A DNA stretch of 63,185 bases, the filler included, from Sphacelaria rigidula (taxonomy: Eukaryota): assembly GCA_964200075.2 (NCBI GenBank). It is 9 parts of 9 records of this genome, joined end to end, with 100 filler letters (N's around TTAATTAATTAA, not from the genome) between each part and the next. Parts side by side here need not be neighbours in the genome. Positions count along the whole stretch, not along the records: positions 1 to 6,932 come from CAXNAA020017346.1; positions 7,033 to 13,964 come from CAXNAA020017347.1; 7 more parts are not named here. One strand, given 5' to 3'. Shown piece by piece: positions 1-12,276 of this stretch. The notes under the pieces are model-generated. The model ran no database searches. It saw nothing but the letters and a program-made list of their open reading frames with translations, and was not told the DNA's origin. Every line of letters starts with the position of its first letter. Position 1 is the stretch's first letter. A program made the translations under genes and the position numbers.

Positions 1-2379
1 AGCTCGACTACCATCATGGTTACCGCAAAAAAAACGCAAGCGCGCAAAAAGAAATCGGTAACCTGATTGCCTAGCTTGCGCAGTGAGTGGCGTGTTTTAC
101 AGTGTCATCGCCAACCGACTCCAACCCCATCGGGGATCCGCCCCTACAACGCCGGAACGGAGCACGCCGGGTTCTCATGGCGGGGGGGGGAGATTTCGTC
201 AGTACGCAGGAATCAACATATTCACTCTATGCCAGGAATAAGGAGGACTAAAATCATCGGTTAGCATATGCATACATCGTATTTTTCCCTCGTGCTAGCG
301 CCGACTCAGAACTGGCGATGGGGAATTACGAAGACAAAGGCCACAACAAAAGAGCATCCTGCTGTACGTAGATTCCAGCCGAATCTCCCTTTCGTGGAGA
401 CCCTTATCCCTTCCGGAGCCGTTGATGCAAAAGTGACGATTTACAATGGAAATTTCCTCGGGCAAGATACGGTTGCTTTTCTGCAAGTGTTGATGATGCA
501 GCCCATCAAAGCGGTGCACCACTCGGAGTTCAAGTACTCTAATAATGTGACAGATTCGTGCACCGAACATTCGCAGTGACGTTTTTCCGGTGACGAAAGC
601 TCGCATATGGGACTTTGTAAATCGTCCATACGTGGGAAAGCTCATGAGCTCCCCAACGTAAACTCATCAAACAGGACGCTTATTATCAGACCTCCTGTCC
701 AAAATACAATATGTGACAGCAGGGTCCGAGAAGTCAAAGCGTTACATTCGCGCTACTCGCATACTCATCGCCCAGCACTGTGAGGAGCAACTGTGAAAAA
801 GGGGGGGCAAACAAGCTTGGTCATGATCCAGATCAGTACACTGTTGAGAAGTAATATTCAGGTAGCCCATGAGCTGTCCGATGTGTGGAAGGCTAGCACA
901 TGGCTCCCACACATGACGTGTAAGAAGTGATCAAAAATATACATCTCTTGGAAATATGGCATACCTGGTGAAGCAGAGATACTCATAGCTCTGCTAAGAT
1001 GTTCATTTTTAATTAGTGCACATTTTGGGATTTCAGAGCACTTGTGCAGCAGCTCCATGCCTCTAGTTTTAACGCCTCCGCGGATTCATCGGTGTGTACG
1101 GACCTGTTTCTGTTTTGTTGTTCATTTTGTTATTTGTCTTTGTTTTTTTGTTTTTCTTTTCTTTTATCTTAGTCTACTCTGTTTGTCTGTTTCATCTTTC
1201 TGTTTCATCTCGAGTACGCCTACCATGTGACCACAGCTGGACCCCCTAGGGGAAACGTTAAGGTGTGACAATTAACCAAGCAATCAGTCAATCGATGATA
1301 GCATACGAAGAACGTACAATACGAAGTACAGCTTCGGAACGTCAAGATAGTTGTTTATTTGTCGGGATTTGACTGAATGAGACCACGAGTAAGTTATATT
1401 TTCCAAGGTATCATTGGGAGCCTCGTTCAATCCAGGATGGCAGTCCTTTCGAGCTCGAGGGTGGCGACGGGGAAGACGACAGTGGCAGCAAGTTTCTTCT
1501 CCTTTTTAGCGTTTACAAAAAAGACCCGTTCTTTGTCAGAAGGCCATCACTGGATATTTACCGTGTCAGTAATTTCAACGTTTAGGTATTCTACTGCTGT
1601 ATGCGCGATGAAGATCCCATTTTATGTCATGATGACAGCCTTGGGAGGAGCGGTGGTGTCGATGATAGCGGCGGTCCAAGCTCAATAAGATCGATCCCCT
1701 GTCAATAAAATAAAACGGTCGAACTAGGTAGGGTGGTAGTTATCTTGACGATACACCGATGTTGGTTCGGAGACGTTCGAAGGAAATGAATAATTAAGGG
1801 AACAAAATATCCGAAAAATACTTCCGACACTTTCTACGATAGCCCCCTTCCCAAAAGTGCCTGGTTTGGGGAGGCAAAATTTTCACGTAAATCGAAACGG
1901 AAGAAGCCGAGCACAACGAGCAGCTGGAAATGTCCACGCTTGGGTTCGTTCTCGCAAATGCCGCCCACATGAGGCGCTTCATGCAGTTTGAACCCAAACA
2001 TCAGGTGCTGTATGACCATTTTTTGGTGACACTTTTGGGCTGGGTTTTTTTTGGGTGGGGGCTATCGTAGAAAGTGTCTTTTTTTCGCGAACGGGCAATG
2101 AACCTGTTGTGAATTGTGACTTCGACTACCCAGGGCACCCCTAACCCATTTTTAAGAGGAGAGTTTTCGTCGACCACGATGGCGATAGTGCAGAAGACCG
2201 AACCCGTGACAAACTGGTCATTGTCTGTGGACACCAATATGCCGATATGAATTGATGTTTCCCCCAGACGTGGCATTACTTTTCGTTCGCCATTGAGTTT
2301 GTGTTGCGCCGCTAAATTTTGTTTCGTACACCATAGTGTTCGTGAATATGTATACATGAACATCATCTCTCCATCTCAG

Positions 2380-5300
2380 GATGGCAGTCTTGACGATGAT
2401 GATGACGACAGTGAGGACGATCGAGCTCGAGATGCCCGGCGACATAGGGAGTTGCTGCGTGAGTCGTCGGAGTCGGGCACGGGGGGGGGCGGCGAGGCAC
2501 TGACGTTGGGAGCAACTGGAGCGGACGTGAGAAAGAGAGAGATCGAGACAATCACGGCGTCACGCCTAGCGCAGGTGAGGGATAGTTAAGAATAGGCTCA
2601 ATTGATAATTATTTACGGTTTACTCGTTCCGCCCGCAAGCTACTTGCGTTTTGCTTCCAGAATTCTGCTTCGCTTTTCACCAGTGTCTCGAAGGAAACAG
2701 TTGGTGATTACAGATATGAATCATCCTACAATATGGGGGAGGGGTACTTGATTGCACGTAAAAAGAGGCTCATTGGTGTGTTGGACGACCTGCCACACTC
2801 GCTGTGCGCTTGTATTCGGTTAAAAACGGTGTCGAGCAGTATGAATGAGCGCTTTTTATCGATGATAAGCTCGTTCGAACAACCGTTGCTGCTTTCAACG
2901 ACGATTCGACTTCGAATTCCGTGCAAGAAGTGGCCCAACATCATCCCCCCCTTTATCATAGGATGATTCATACACATTGCCTAATGGCGGACAACCTCTG
3001 GATTTTGGTGGTTTATAGAACTTCTGGACGCTTAGTGACGGGTGTGGTGCACATCTACGAGGATATTTGACCACGATTGCGGTGAACACCTTAGTATGAA
3101 GGTCGCGGGTGCTGCAAGCCACGGGTAATACTCGTTGTTGATACAGAGCAATTCCACCCTACAAATTGTTATGTTCACCCTCGCATGCATCATTCCATTC
3201 AGATACGTTCACTTGTTCATGATTTTTTCGGCGGGGAGGAGAAGTTACCCACGTTCGATTCATGAGCCTGATGATAGTACGCTCCCGTTTAATGTCGACG
3301 AGATTGTGGTGATCTGTTCTCATGGAATCAAGCTGAATCTTCAGGATTTTAGGGCAGGTGTAGTGGGTATCATGGCCGTACTGTTGAAAATATCAGAACG
3401 CCCGTTTTCAAGTACACACTTTAGCGGTAGCTACTAGATGAGGACAAACATCATCGTAAAACCGGACAAACTGCACTTAACACTTGTAGATGACCTCGCG
3501 GTTTCGTTGCCGCAGCATCATCAGGCGGTTGCCGAATGGTAACGTTTCGATCCCTACGGCTGTCACGAGACCACAAAAGGTTCCAAGCTCATAGCGCGAC
3601 TGTAGATACTCATTCTAGATAGCACCTCAGAAGTAAACACGCAACGGCACCGCTCATTTGCCTAAAATATATGACGGAAATGGAGGTCTGACAGAACAAG
3701 CACCCGTCTAGGCAGAGTACGTGTTCCCACCAAGAAGGCGGTGCGACTTGTTGAGTTCCTGCATCTTATCGTTCGAGTCACCTCATTGTTTAAAAGGTGG
3801 AGGCTGCCCTCAAGTCGCTTGCGGACAAGCAAGAAGATCTTGAACGGCGAGAAAAAGAGCTGGAAAAGACGCAAAAGGGTTTGACCGCAGCGCCACACTC
3901 TACAATGACCGTAGGGACAGCAGGAGTCGCCATGGGAGCAGCTGCCGCCGCCACACTGACAGCGGCCGCGGGGGGAGAAGCAGCGGCAGTTGTCGATACA
4001 ACAGCAGCACCGGCCAACCTCGCAGCCTCTGCCCACACGGCGCAAGACATTGTATCGCACGATGAAGGTGTTGTCCCGCAAGCATTGCAATTAGGACTCG
4101 ACGATGTCTACGCGTCAAGCCGTCGCTCGATCGGTTTCGACGCATTGAGTGACTTGCAACAGATCAACCGGGAAGGAACCAGTGTGGCTTTCATTTGATC
4201 CTGGTCAGGTCACATGTGGCGTCGAAACTCACCCATGTCACATGCATGCTATTATTGTTATTTTTTCGAGCACGGGAAAAGTTGAGTCCAACCTAGAGTG
4301 CCACAATCTGTATGCATTTCCTCGGAGATACAGGTGGTATCAACGCGGAGAGCGGGGCGGTGGTGACCACCGCCGCGGGAAAAGATCCCGGAACCACATC
4401 GGAATGGGTTGAGTACTGGGATGAAAGCGCTGGGGCTAGTTACTATTTCAACACCATTACGCAGGTGTGTCGAAGGGTAATCTAACAACTCGTCCAAACT
4501 GTATGGAATAGTTGGAAGGGCCTGAGTGTGAGGCCGACGGTGCTCTCGATCATGTGTAGGCGCGGCATAGGAGTGATGCCCACGGGGTTTCGGAGAGGTG
4601 GAAATAAAACTGTGCTGACAAGCCGATAACGCTTTCAATCGAGGAACTGCGCGTTCCCACCCCCCTCGTGTTGGACTACTGTAATGTGTGAGAGGACCGC
4701 GTGCTTAGAGGACCGCATCTAAATTTGAACATCCCTATGGTTAGGGTTAGGGTGAGGCTTAGGGTCAGTGTTGGGGTTAGGGTCAGGGGTGTGGTTTCTG
4801 CAGGGAATGGCCCGATTGCTTTCGAAAAACGTCGATCCTAGGGTGTTTTGGACTACGGCACGGTCCTCTAGGCACGCGGTCCTCTCACGCATTACACTAC
4901 TCTGACGACAACGTCATATAGGTGGCAAGCTGGACAAAACCTCAAGAGGGGGTCGAGTCTATCGAATCCACCCGAGCACTTTCGAAAGCAGCCGGAGATG
5001 ATGGAAGCACGAAACGTGATGCAGGAGCAGAGACTTTGTCGCAGCCGACGGACGCGCGGACGCAGTGGACGGAGAGCATAGATGAAGCGAGCGGCCAGCC
5101 TTACTACTACAACGTTATGACGGTACGATCAGATGAATATGATTGTAGCGTCGTTGAACACCTGAGCATCACGCCATGTAATTTCATACTCCAGCCAGCT
5201 TCCATGATCAAGCATGCCGTGCTTGCTTGACTAATGATATCATCATCCTCCGGCATCATACAGTACATCCCGGGTGAGTCGTTGACACATTGCGTGTAAA

Positions 5301-5656
5301 CGCCGAGTTCTCGCTCACATAAAAACTCCCGAATACTGTACGCTTCAAAAAACGATTGATCGCTGTAAGAGACGGCACTTCATATTTCACGGTAGCCTGC
5401 GAATGAATTTTCATTTTCACCGCTGAGCTAGGGAACGATATACGGCGTACTTCTCTAACACGAACCCCCGCAGGGTGAAGCTGTGTGGGAGAAGCCACCA
5501 GAGTTGACTCCAAACACGGCTGGGGTGAGGAGTGGGACGGGTGGCATTCCGCACTTCGACAACCCGGACGAGTGGGTGTGCTTCCTGGACGAAACATCGG
5601 GGGAAGAGTATTGGTTCAATCTCACTACTGGGGAAACGCACTGGGAAAACACATAG
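2380..5656 (+). CDS. Multi-WW-domain protein, 3' part; exons 2380-2574, 3797-4067, 4334-4464, 4922-5122, 5474-5656
   Basis: AG/GT-bounded exons join in consistent phase. They give three WW domains (EWVEYWDESAGASYYFNTITQ|VASWTKP; QWTESIDEASGQPYYYNVMT|GEAVWEKP; EWVCFLDETSGEEYWFNLTTGETHWENT*), preceded by an acidic and a coiled-coil segment. Stop TAG at 5654-5656. 5' exons not resolved. Confidence 0.8.
4680..4896. mobile_element. 217-bp MITE with ~36-bp TIRs (TGT...ACA ends) and 4-bp TSD CTAC, inside an intron; Ginger-like
   Basis: TGTAATGTGTGAGAGGACCGCGTGCTTAGAGGACCG at 4680 mirrors CGGTCCTCTAGGCACGCGGTCCTCTCACGCATTACA ending at 4896. CTAC lies at 4676-4679 and 4897-4900. TTAGGG-like repeats inside. 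Confidence 0.8.
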
Positions 5657-6932
5657 GTGTCAGTGGAGCACTTCGTGTACTGAACAACCCATACCGAGGG
5701 GCGAGACGGGGTCGCTGTTGCTGCTTTCACTCTGAGATGGTTCATTTTTCATGGCACCTTGTTGCCCACACGATTATCGCATGCGAACGCTCCGGCACGC
5801 AGTAAATACCCCCGCCGGCTTCGTAGTCGAAGGCATACACTCGCCACAGCCAGGGGAGAGTAATGTCGAGATAAGTATGTATAATAGACGGGGCGGGGCC
5901 AAGTACGGTACGGCAGGTTTAAAGTACGGCAGAATGGTTCCAACAGGCAATTACTGGTGTACAGGACCGGACCGCTATACGTATGTACTCTGTAGTCGAC
6001 ACCACATCATCAGCAAAAACCTCAATCAGGCTGAACATGTTCGGGTTACAGGAGAGGCGGAGCCCAAGAAATTTGGCCCATCTGGTGGCCCCTGTTCAAA
6101 TTCCTCAATGTTATCAATGAGAGAAATGGTGTCCAAACATATGCCCACATGGCATTGGAACATAAAGGGTCAGCAGTGTAGTCCTTTTATGTCCTCTGTT
6201 TTCTTCTTTTTCTAGTATTTTTATTATATTTGTTTGTATTGTTTTTCTATCGCGTCTGTGCGAATAGTTTGCGGGTCCGGTTTATTTTATGAATTTTCTT
6301 TTACCCTAGCTTGCGGTTAGTTAGCCTGTGACCACGGAAGGTGTCCGCATCAGAGATGCCAAGTGCAGGGTAGTGCGCAGATATCGGAACGGTTTTTAAT
6401 GTGAAGACAACAACAACAACAAACGACAACAAACTTATGGTATGACCAAGAAATAACGATTGCGTTTGGATCTAAAACAGTGTTCTTCATTGGCGGACGG
6501 CTTCTATATTCGTTTTGTGATAGTCATCATATTTTGAGTCATGCTACGGTATGGGTTGTACATTTGACTCCAGATCATCATCATCATCATTGAGGGGTTC
6601 CGAAAGTCAGAATCTCCACCAAACATATGGGGAAAGATATTCTTGTGTTCAAAATTCAATCGAGATATGAGCCATGCTACGGTAGGGGTTGCACATTTGG
6701 GCCAAGATCTTTCTCATTCAGGGGCTCCCAAAAGTTGGGAGCTACACGAGAATATGGATCAGGACATTCTCGTTTTCAAACCCATTCGGGATATCCCACG
6801 CCGAGTGGAATGCTACTCGTTGCGTGCTCTCACGTATTTCATGGGTTATTTTTTTGGTGAAGTAGAGGGCTGCTAATAACAGCCGATTTTCGAAAATGGG
6901 GTTGAAAACAAAATGAGGTTCAACTCAAAAGC

Positions 6933-7032
6933 NNNNNNNNNNNNNNNNNNNNNNNNNNNNNNNNNNNNNNNNNNNNTTAATTAATTAANNNNNNNNNNNN
7001 NNNNNNNNNNNNNNNNNNNNNNNNNNNNNNNN
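6933..7032. other. Artificial contig linker (N44-TTAATTAATTAA-N44); also 13965-14064, 20997-21096, 28029-28128, 35061-35160, 42093-42192, 49124-49223, 56155-56254
   Basis: Identical 100-nt spacers with stops in all six frames. The contigs between them are 6932 bp (x6) then 6931 bp (x3). Confidence 0.97.
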
Positions 7033-7539
7033 CCGTAGTCGCGAAGTGTTCACCCCACCTCCCTGCGGCTACACGCATGTAATATTGTTGTCGTCGGGGG
7101 TCGGTTCAACACTACTCCAGCACCGCGTCAACCCTCGACCGATATTTTTTCTTCGCCACTCACGCGGGAGGCATTTTTGTCGCAAGATCTGAGGCACCGA
7201 TTTGCAAGCTTCTGAGGCACCGATTTGAGATCTATTGAAGCCAAACTCTGCCTTGGGGACACTTTCACCCCCTTGCCCAAGGGTTATCGGTATGCCTTGG
7301 TTTGGGGTTGGGGTTAGAGTTGGCGTTAGTCCGAGATAACATTTCTGAGAAATTTCTTTTAGGAGTCGATCGACCAAGTGGTGATTTGACGTGAAAGACA
7401 AAGCATTTCTTAGATTCGAACTCTCAATCTCCGGCCCCTACAGAGTGTGTAGGCTTTGCCGCTGGGGCTCTATGTGTGTGTTCTTCAATTTTTTCACGAC
7501 GCATGTTATTTCCCTTGCTTGATGGAACGGTACCCGCAG

Positions 7540-10500
7540 GTGGTGGCTGTTGGTGCAGAGGATATGACTACCGAAGCTTTGCTCATTTTACTGGCCCCCT
7601 GGCTCAGAGCTGTCGTTTCACCGGAGACCAATGCTGTTGTGTTCAAACGGACGATGGACGGGGTGTTGGAAGCCTTACTGAGGCATTTTCCCGAGGATGA
7701 CGCGGGGGGCGAAGAAGATGATGCAATGGGGCTGTCGGGGGAAGTCGAAGATGAAGTACAGATGTTTAAGCGAGCAGAGTTGGTGAAGGTCCAGGCGTGC
7801 ATATTCGAGGCGGCGGCGGCTGAGCAGGTGATGGATGCTATTGTGGACGGTCGTACTTGGGGGTCGTACTTGGAGGGGATGCTCCAAATATCGATATCCA
7901 GAAAGTCCAGGGTCATACTTTATTTTTCTTGGGAGAAAAAAGAAGAAACGTATTTTGGTGGAGAACTTGTTGTGGGAAACTTGAGAGCAATACGGTTCCC
8001 CAAGGGTTTCTCGGCTGAATCGAATACCTAGCAGCGAAGGAGTTGTTCATGTCAAGCAGGGATGTTATTTCAACAAGCATACGTACGTTTCATCGCCTCA
8101 CTGCTGATTTTTTCGACACCCACGCCTAGGTTCATTCGATATGATGTCATCTGACTGTCGCCCCATATAGCAAAACGCTGCTGGCCGCGGTTTATGAACG
8201 AACATTCATTACTGTTGCGCGGTGCAAGCCGTAGCAATGACCTTGTGTCATGTAGGCCTTGTCTCCCATCCCAACAACCTTTCTGGAAATCTTTTCTCGG
8301 GTGAACTCCACCGTCAAGCCCACAACCAGGGGTGCGATGAAGCTTTTTCTGTTCGTTAGCCACGCCCCCCTGACCCTGCGCGCTTGCTATACCGCCACCG
8401 TTTCTATTTTTTGTTGTTGCATGTGCTGACCGATATCCTGCGCACATGTACCATCACATCCACCAAACGACCAGACGTTGGAAAAACGTCGAAAGGAGCT
8501 CTACCAACTTCACCGAAAATACCAAAAAAGGACGAATGTCGCTCCCGATCTGAACGCCAAGCCAAGGGGTATCATTTCTCCACCGCCTAAGGATGCGACA
8601 GACTCTGAAGCGGTGTCCTCCGATGAGGAAGACCAGACCAGGGATGACTTATCCCCTGAGTTTGGTGGGCCTATCCCGAGGGCGGTGCGTCGGCCTGGCG
8701 AGTCGTCTGTGGTGGGCTGGGCCGCTGCGGGTGTTGCGGCGGGGGCGATTAATGCTGGTGATGCTGATGGGGTGAGTACATTTGATTTTCATTTTTTTAC
8801 GGATTGGTTGTTGGGAAATTGCTTCGGTTTGGTTGTGTCCCTCGGCGTCTTCCTTTGTTTGTGCTGTGGTAGTTGTGAACCAACCACCACCTTGTCGGAT
8901 ATCGTCGTGGGGTGCCGACGAGGAACTTGCGGTGCACAAGGATGTTCACTGCTGGAAGTATGTCGCTGCACCGTCACCGTCTTCACACACAGTGCGTCGT
9001 TAGTATCTGTGCTCACTCTCGTCCAAAGAGTCTTTGGTTCCAAAATTTTATGAACTCGCGCTCACCGCCACGGCCCCGCATACGATCGTGAAATCAACCA
9101 ATTTTCCTTGTGTTTTCCTGCATGTACCTGCTGCAGGACGACGAAGAGAAAGGAAGAGCATCGCGGCCGACGACAACAGGTGACCGAAACAGCGATGGAG
9201 TCAAAAGGAACAAAAAAAGAAGCAAGCGCGAAGACGAGTCATCAGACGTGGAGGATGCCGACAGTGCTGCTACTCCTGCTGTGGATCCGCGTTCTGGCAA
9301 GAAAGTCGGCAAAGCTTCCCGGGAAAAGGAGAACGATACGGCAACACGGCGTGATGATGATGACAGTGGCGACTCAAGTGCTTCCAAGAAACCCAAGAAA
9401 AAGAAGCGAAATCGGGAACCCGCTGGGGGCGTGACAAATGATTCTGATTCTGGTTCTGGTCCCGTTGCGGAACAACAATGTAGTGAAGATGCGGAGCAAT
9501 GCGGGGAGGGTGGCGCCGGAGAGAGCACTGCTCAAAAGACTCGAAAGAAGCGGGACTCGGGTTCGGTTGAAATTGCCGTAAACGGTTCCGATTCTGCCTC
9601 GAAATCTGTCCCCGTTGCGGAAGAACAGCGCGTTGAGAACCCGGAGCAAGGCGGGGAGACTGGTGGCGGGAAGACTACCTCGAACAAGAAGGCTAGGAAG
9701 AAGAGTCGGCGGGATTCAGGTGCGGTGGAGCCTGGTGCAGTCACAGAAAGTCCCGAGAAGAAAAAGATGAGGAAGGACGGAGATATAGTCATGTGTGCTG
9801 ACGCCGTGTTGGACGGTGCGGTGCTCGGTACCCCTCAAGATGGAAGCGAGGCTGGCAATGCAAATGTCAAGCCAGCGGAAGGAGCCACGCCCCCTGGAGT
9901 GGGTTCTGGTAAGAAAAAAAAGAGGAAGAAGAAGGGTAAGAAGGGGGCGGCAGATGATGGAGGGGATCGTGCCGTGGTGAGCGAGGCGGTGTCAGATAAC
10001 ACGGAAAGCATGGGAAATGGTGTAGGAAGTGCGGCTGTCGGGCCAAGTGAAGGGGTGACCTCAGCCGGAGCACCTGAAGTAGCTTCTGACAATAAAAGCA
10101 AAAAAGGGAGGGACAAGAAGGCGAAGCCGGATAGCTTGGATGAGACCGCAGGAAAAGGTGCTGCGGGGAGCGAAACTATAGCTAGTAATGCTCCGAAGAA
10201 TGATGGTACGGATGGGAGTGTGGCGGGCTTCGTACCAGGCGAAGAGACCGCTCCACCCGGCGTGGCTTCTGGGAAAAAGAAGAGGAAGAAGGGGGACAAG
10301 AAGGGGACGACAGAAAATGGGGATGGTGTCGTCGTCGGCGATGCGGTACCGGGGACACCGCAGAGCAAATGCGAGGAGACGGGCAAGGTGGCGGTTGAAG
10401 CGGGTGGGGTAGTAACGCCACCTGGCACGGGTTCCAGCAAAAACAAGAGTAAGAAGAGTAAAGAAAAAAAAGCGGGTGGCACGGAGGACGACGGGGTATT

Positions 10501-11250
10501 GTCATCGCCGTTGGTTCCTGTCAAGGATGTCGGGAACGTGATGGCGGGAAATCAGGGAGTGAGTGTGTGTGTTGTACTGTGTTTTTGTACACATGGTCGA
10601 ATTTTGTTTTGACTCGTGTAGCGGCTTATCGGGCTCAGGCCTACCCTGGGTCGTAAGTGCCCTCTTTTCTAAGCCAAAGACGTGATGTGACTTTGAATTC
10701 GTGTTCGAGTCAGAGTATTTGTGTTCGTGGCTTTCACAGTGTTCTGCACGTGATTCATGTTCCTAGGTGAAACCCTTGTTTCATGAAGATCTCGAGTAGA
10801 TCATGGTTGTGTGCACTTTGGTTCTCACGCAACTATGAACCAAAAAAACGTGATGATGAATACGAGTATATGAGTTCTTTCTTCTTTTCTCTCAGATTTC
10901 GGAACCAAAGCTTTCGCATTGACCAAGCGTTACTCGGTACCAGTTTGTGTATTTAACTATCCCCCCTCTGCCTCTCCTTGTGTTATCCCCTCAGCCAACT
11001 GCAACTCCCGGCACCTCTAGCGGAAAGAAGAAGAAGAAGAAGAGGAAGTCGGTGTCACCTGTGTCTGAAAAAGTATCTGCAATGGCACCGCCCCCGCCGC
11101 CCGCGGAGGTCACCGACGGAAATGAGGCTGATTCGGGAGAGTTCTTGACACCGACCAAGAAGACCGGCTCGGGGAAGAAAAAAAGATTGGATCCTGGTCC
11201 TTGCAGCAGCTCCAAGAAGACTGTTACATTCGGAAGAAATATCTCGAAAG
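7540..11250 (+). CDS. RRP1: RRP1/Nop52-family nucleolar protein, internal exons 7540-7827, 8475-8771, 9137-10558, 10995-11250 (partial at both ends)
   Basis: Phase-consistent exons. The Nop52 C-terminal signature (LLILLAPW...IFEAAAAEQ|TLEKRRKELYQLHRKYQ) is followed by a long Lys-rich disordered tail. KKTVTFGRN resembles the RRP1B KKVTFG RVxF motif. Confidence 0.65.
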
Positions 11251-12276
11251 GTGACCTCGAGTAGTTCGGTGGTGCTGTATTCGTCTGATTCGTTGGTTTT
11301 CGAACTGCTGGCGTGCCCGCGGACGACATCACGTTGTGCCCTTGCTGATTTTGTTGTTGAAAAGTCTTCATTCCCGGAAGGAACAACAGCACGTCAATCT
11401 TTTGGAAGGTGCATGTTGTGGTCCCCCAGCCATGTTCGCCATGTGGAAGGACAGGCCTACATAATACGTTACTTGATGGTGGGTTCATTTACTGACTGCC
11501 ATGGGAGGCGGGGAGGGTAGACTGACTCGTCGAGGTTTGGAAATTCGTAGGGAATGCGACGAAATTCATTAAAATTCATTAACTATACCCTTCTGAGACC
11601 GGCAAGGACTAACCAGGGGTGAGTGCAGTACATCCAAAGCTTTGGTCCTATAGCTACGGTCGACAATATAAGTCCTTGATTCAAGATTTGAGAAATTTCT
11701 CAGGAAATTTACCGTTTGGAGAAGTTGAGCAGTGGTCCCAGCTCGTCCAGACACTGTTTTTGTCGAAATCAGCGCCTGCCGCAACTACTCGAAGTTTGCC
11801 AACGCACACTTTGTATAGAGGAACCTATAGATCCCCCTTGCCCGAGGATCTCGTACCCCTTGGGTCGGGGTCAGGGTTGGCGTTATTGTTGGTTTGTTTA
11901 AAAAGAATCGACCATGGATATACGACCAAAACTTAAGGTCGCCTCTGTGATTGTCCATACCGATTTACAAATGGACCCCCCGTGCAGACCGGCTCCTCAC
12001 CCTCGGTTAGTGAAGGCACAGTCCCAAACGGGTTGAGTACGTGCTGAGCTTTTATTCTATTGGCGAGGTATTTCGTCCCACGAAGGGAGTTTCTCGTACA
12101 ACCTTCGACAAGGTAAAATATTTACAGTCAACCGTTATGCCTTTTTTTGCTGTCGGGAGGTGAACAGAGTTGAGAGCGTTCAGATTACTACATCGTTTTT
12201 GACGGTTGGCTCCGATCCGTTTCGAATGTGCTCACCTCTATGATACGTGACAAGAAAGAACAGAAGCTTCTTTCCT

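Noticed and set aside
6977-6988. TTAATTAATTAA as a periodic biological motif
   Set aside because: It is an assembly spacer embedded in Ns.
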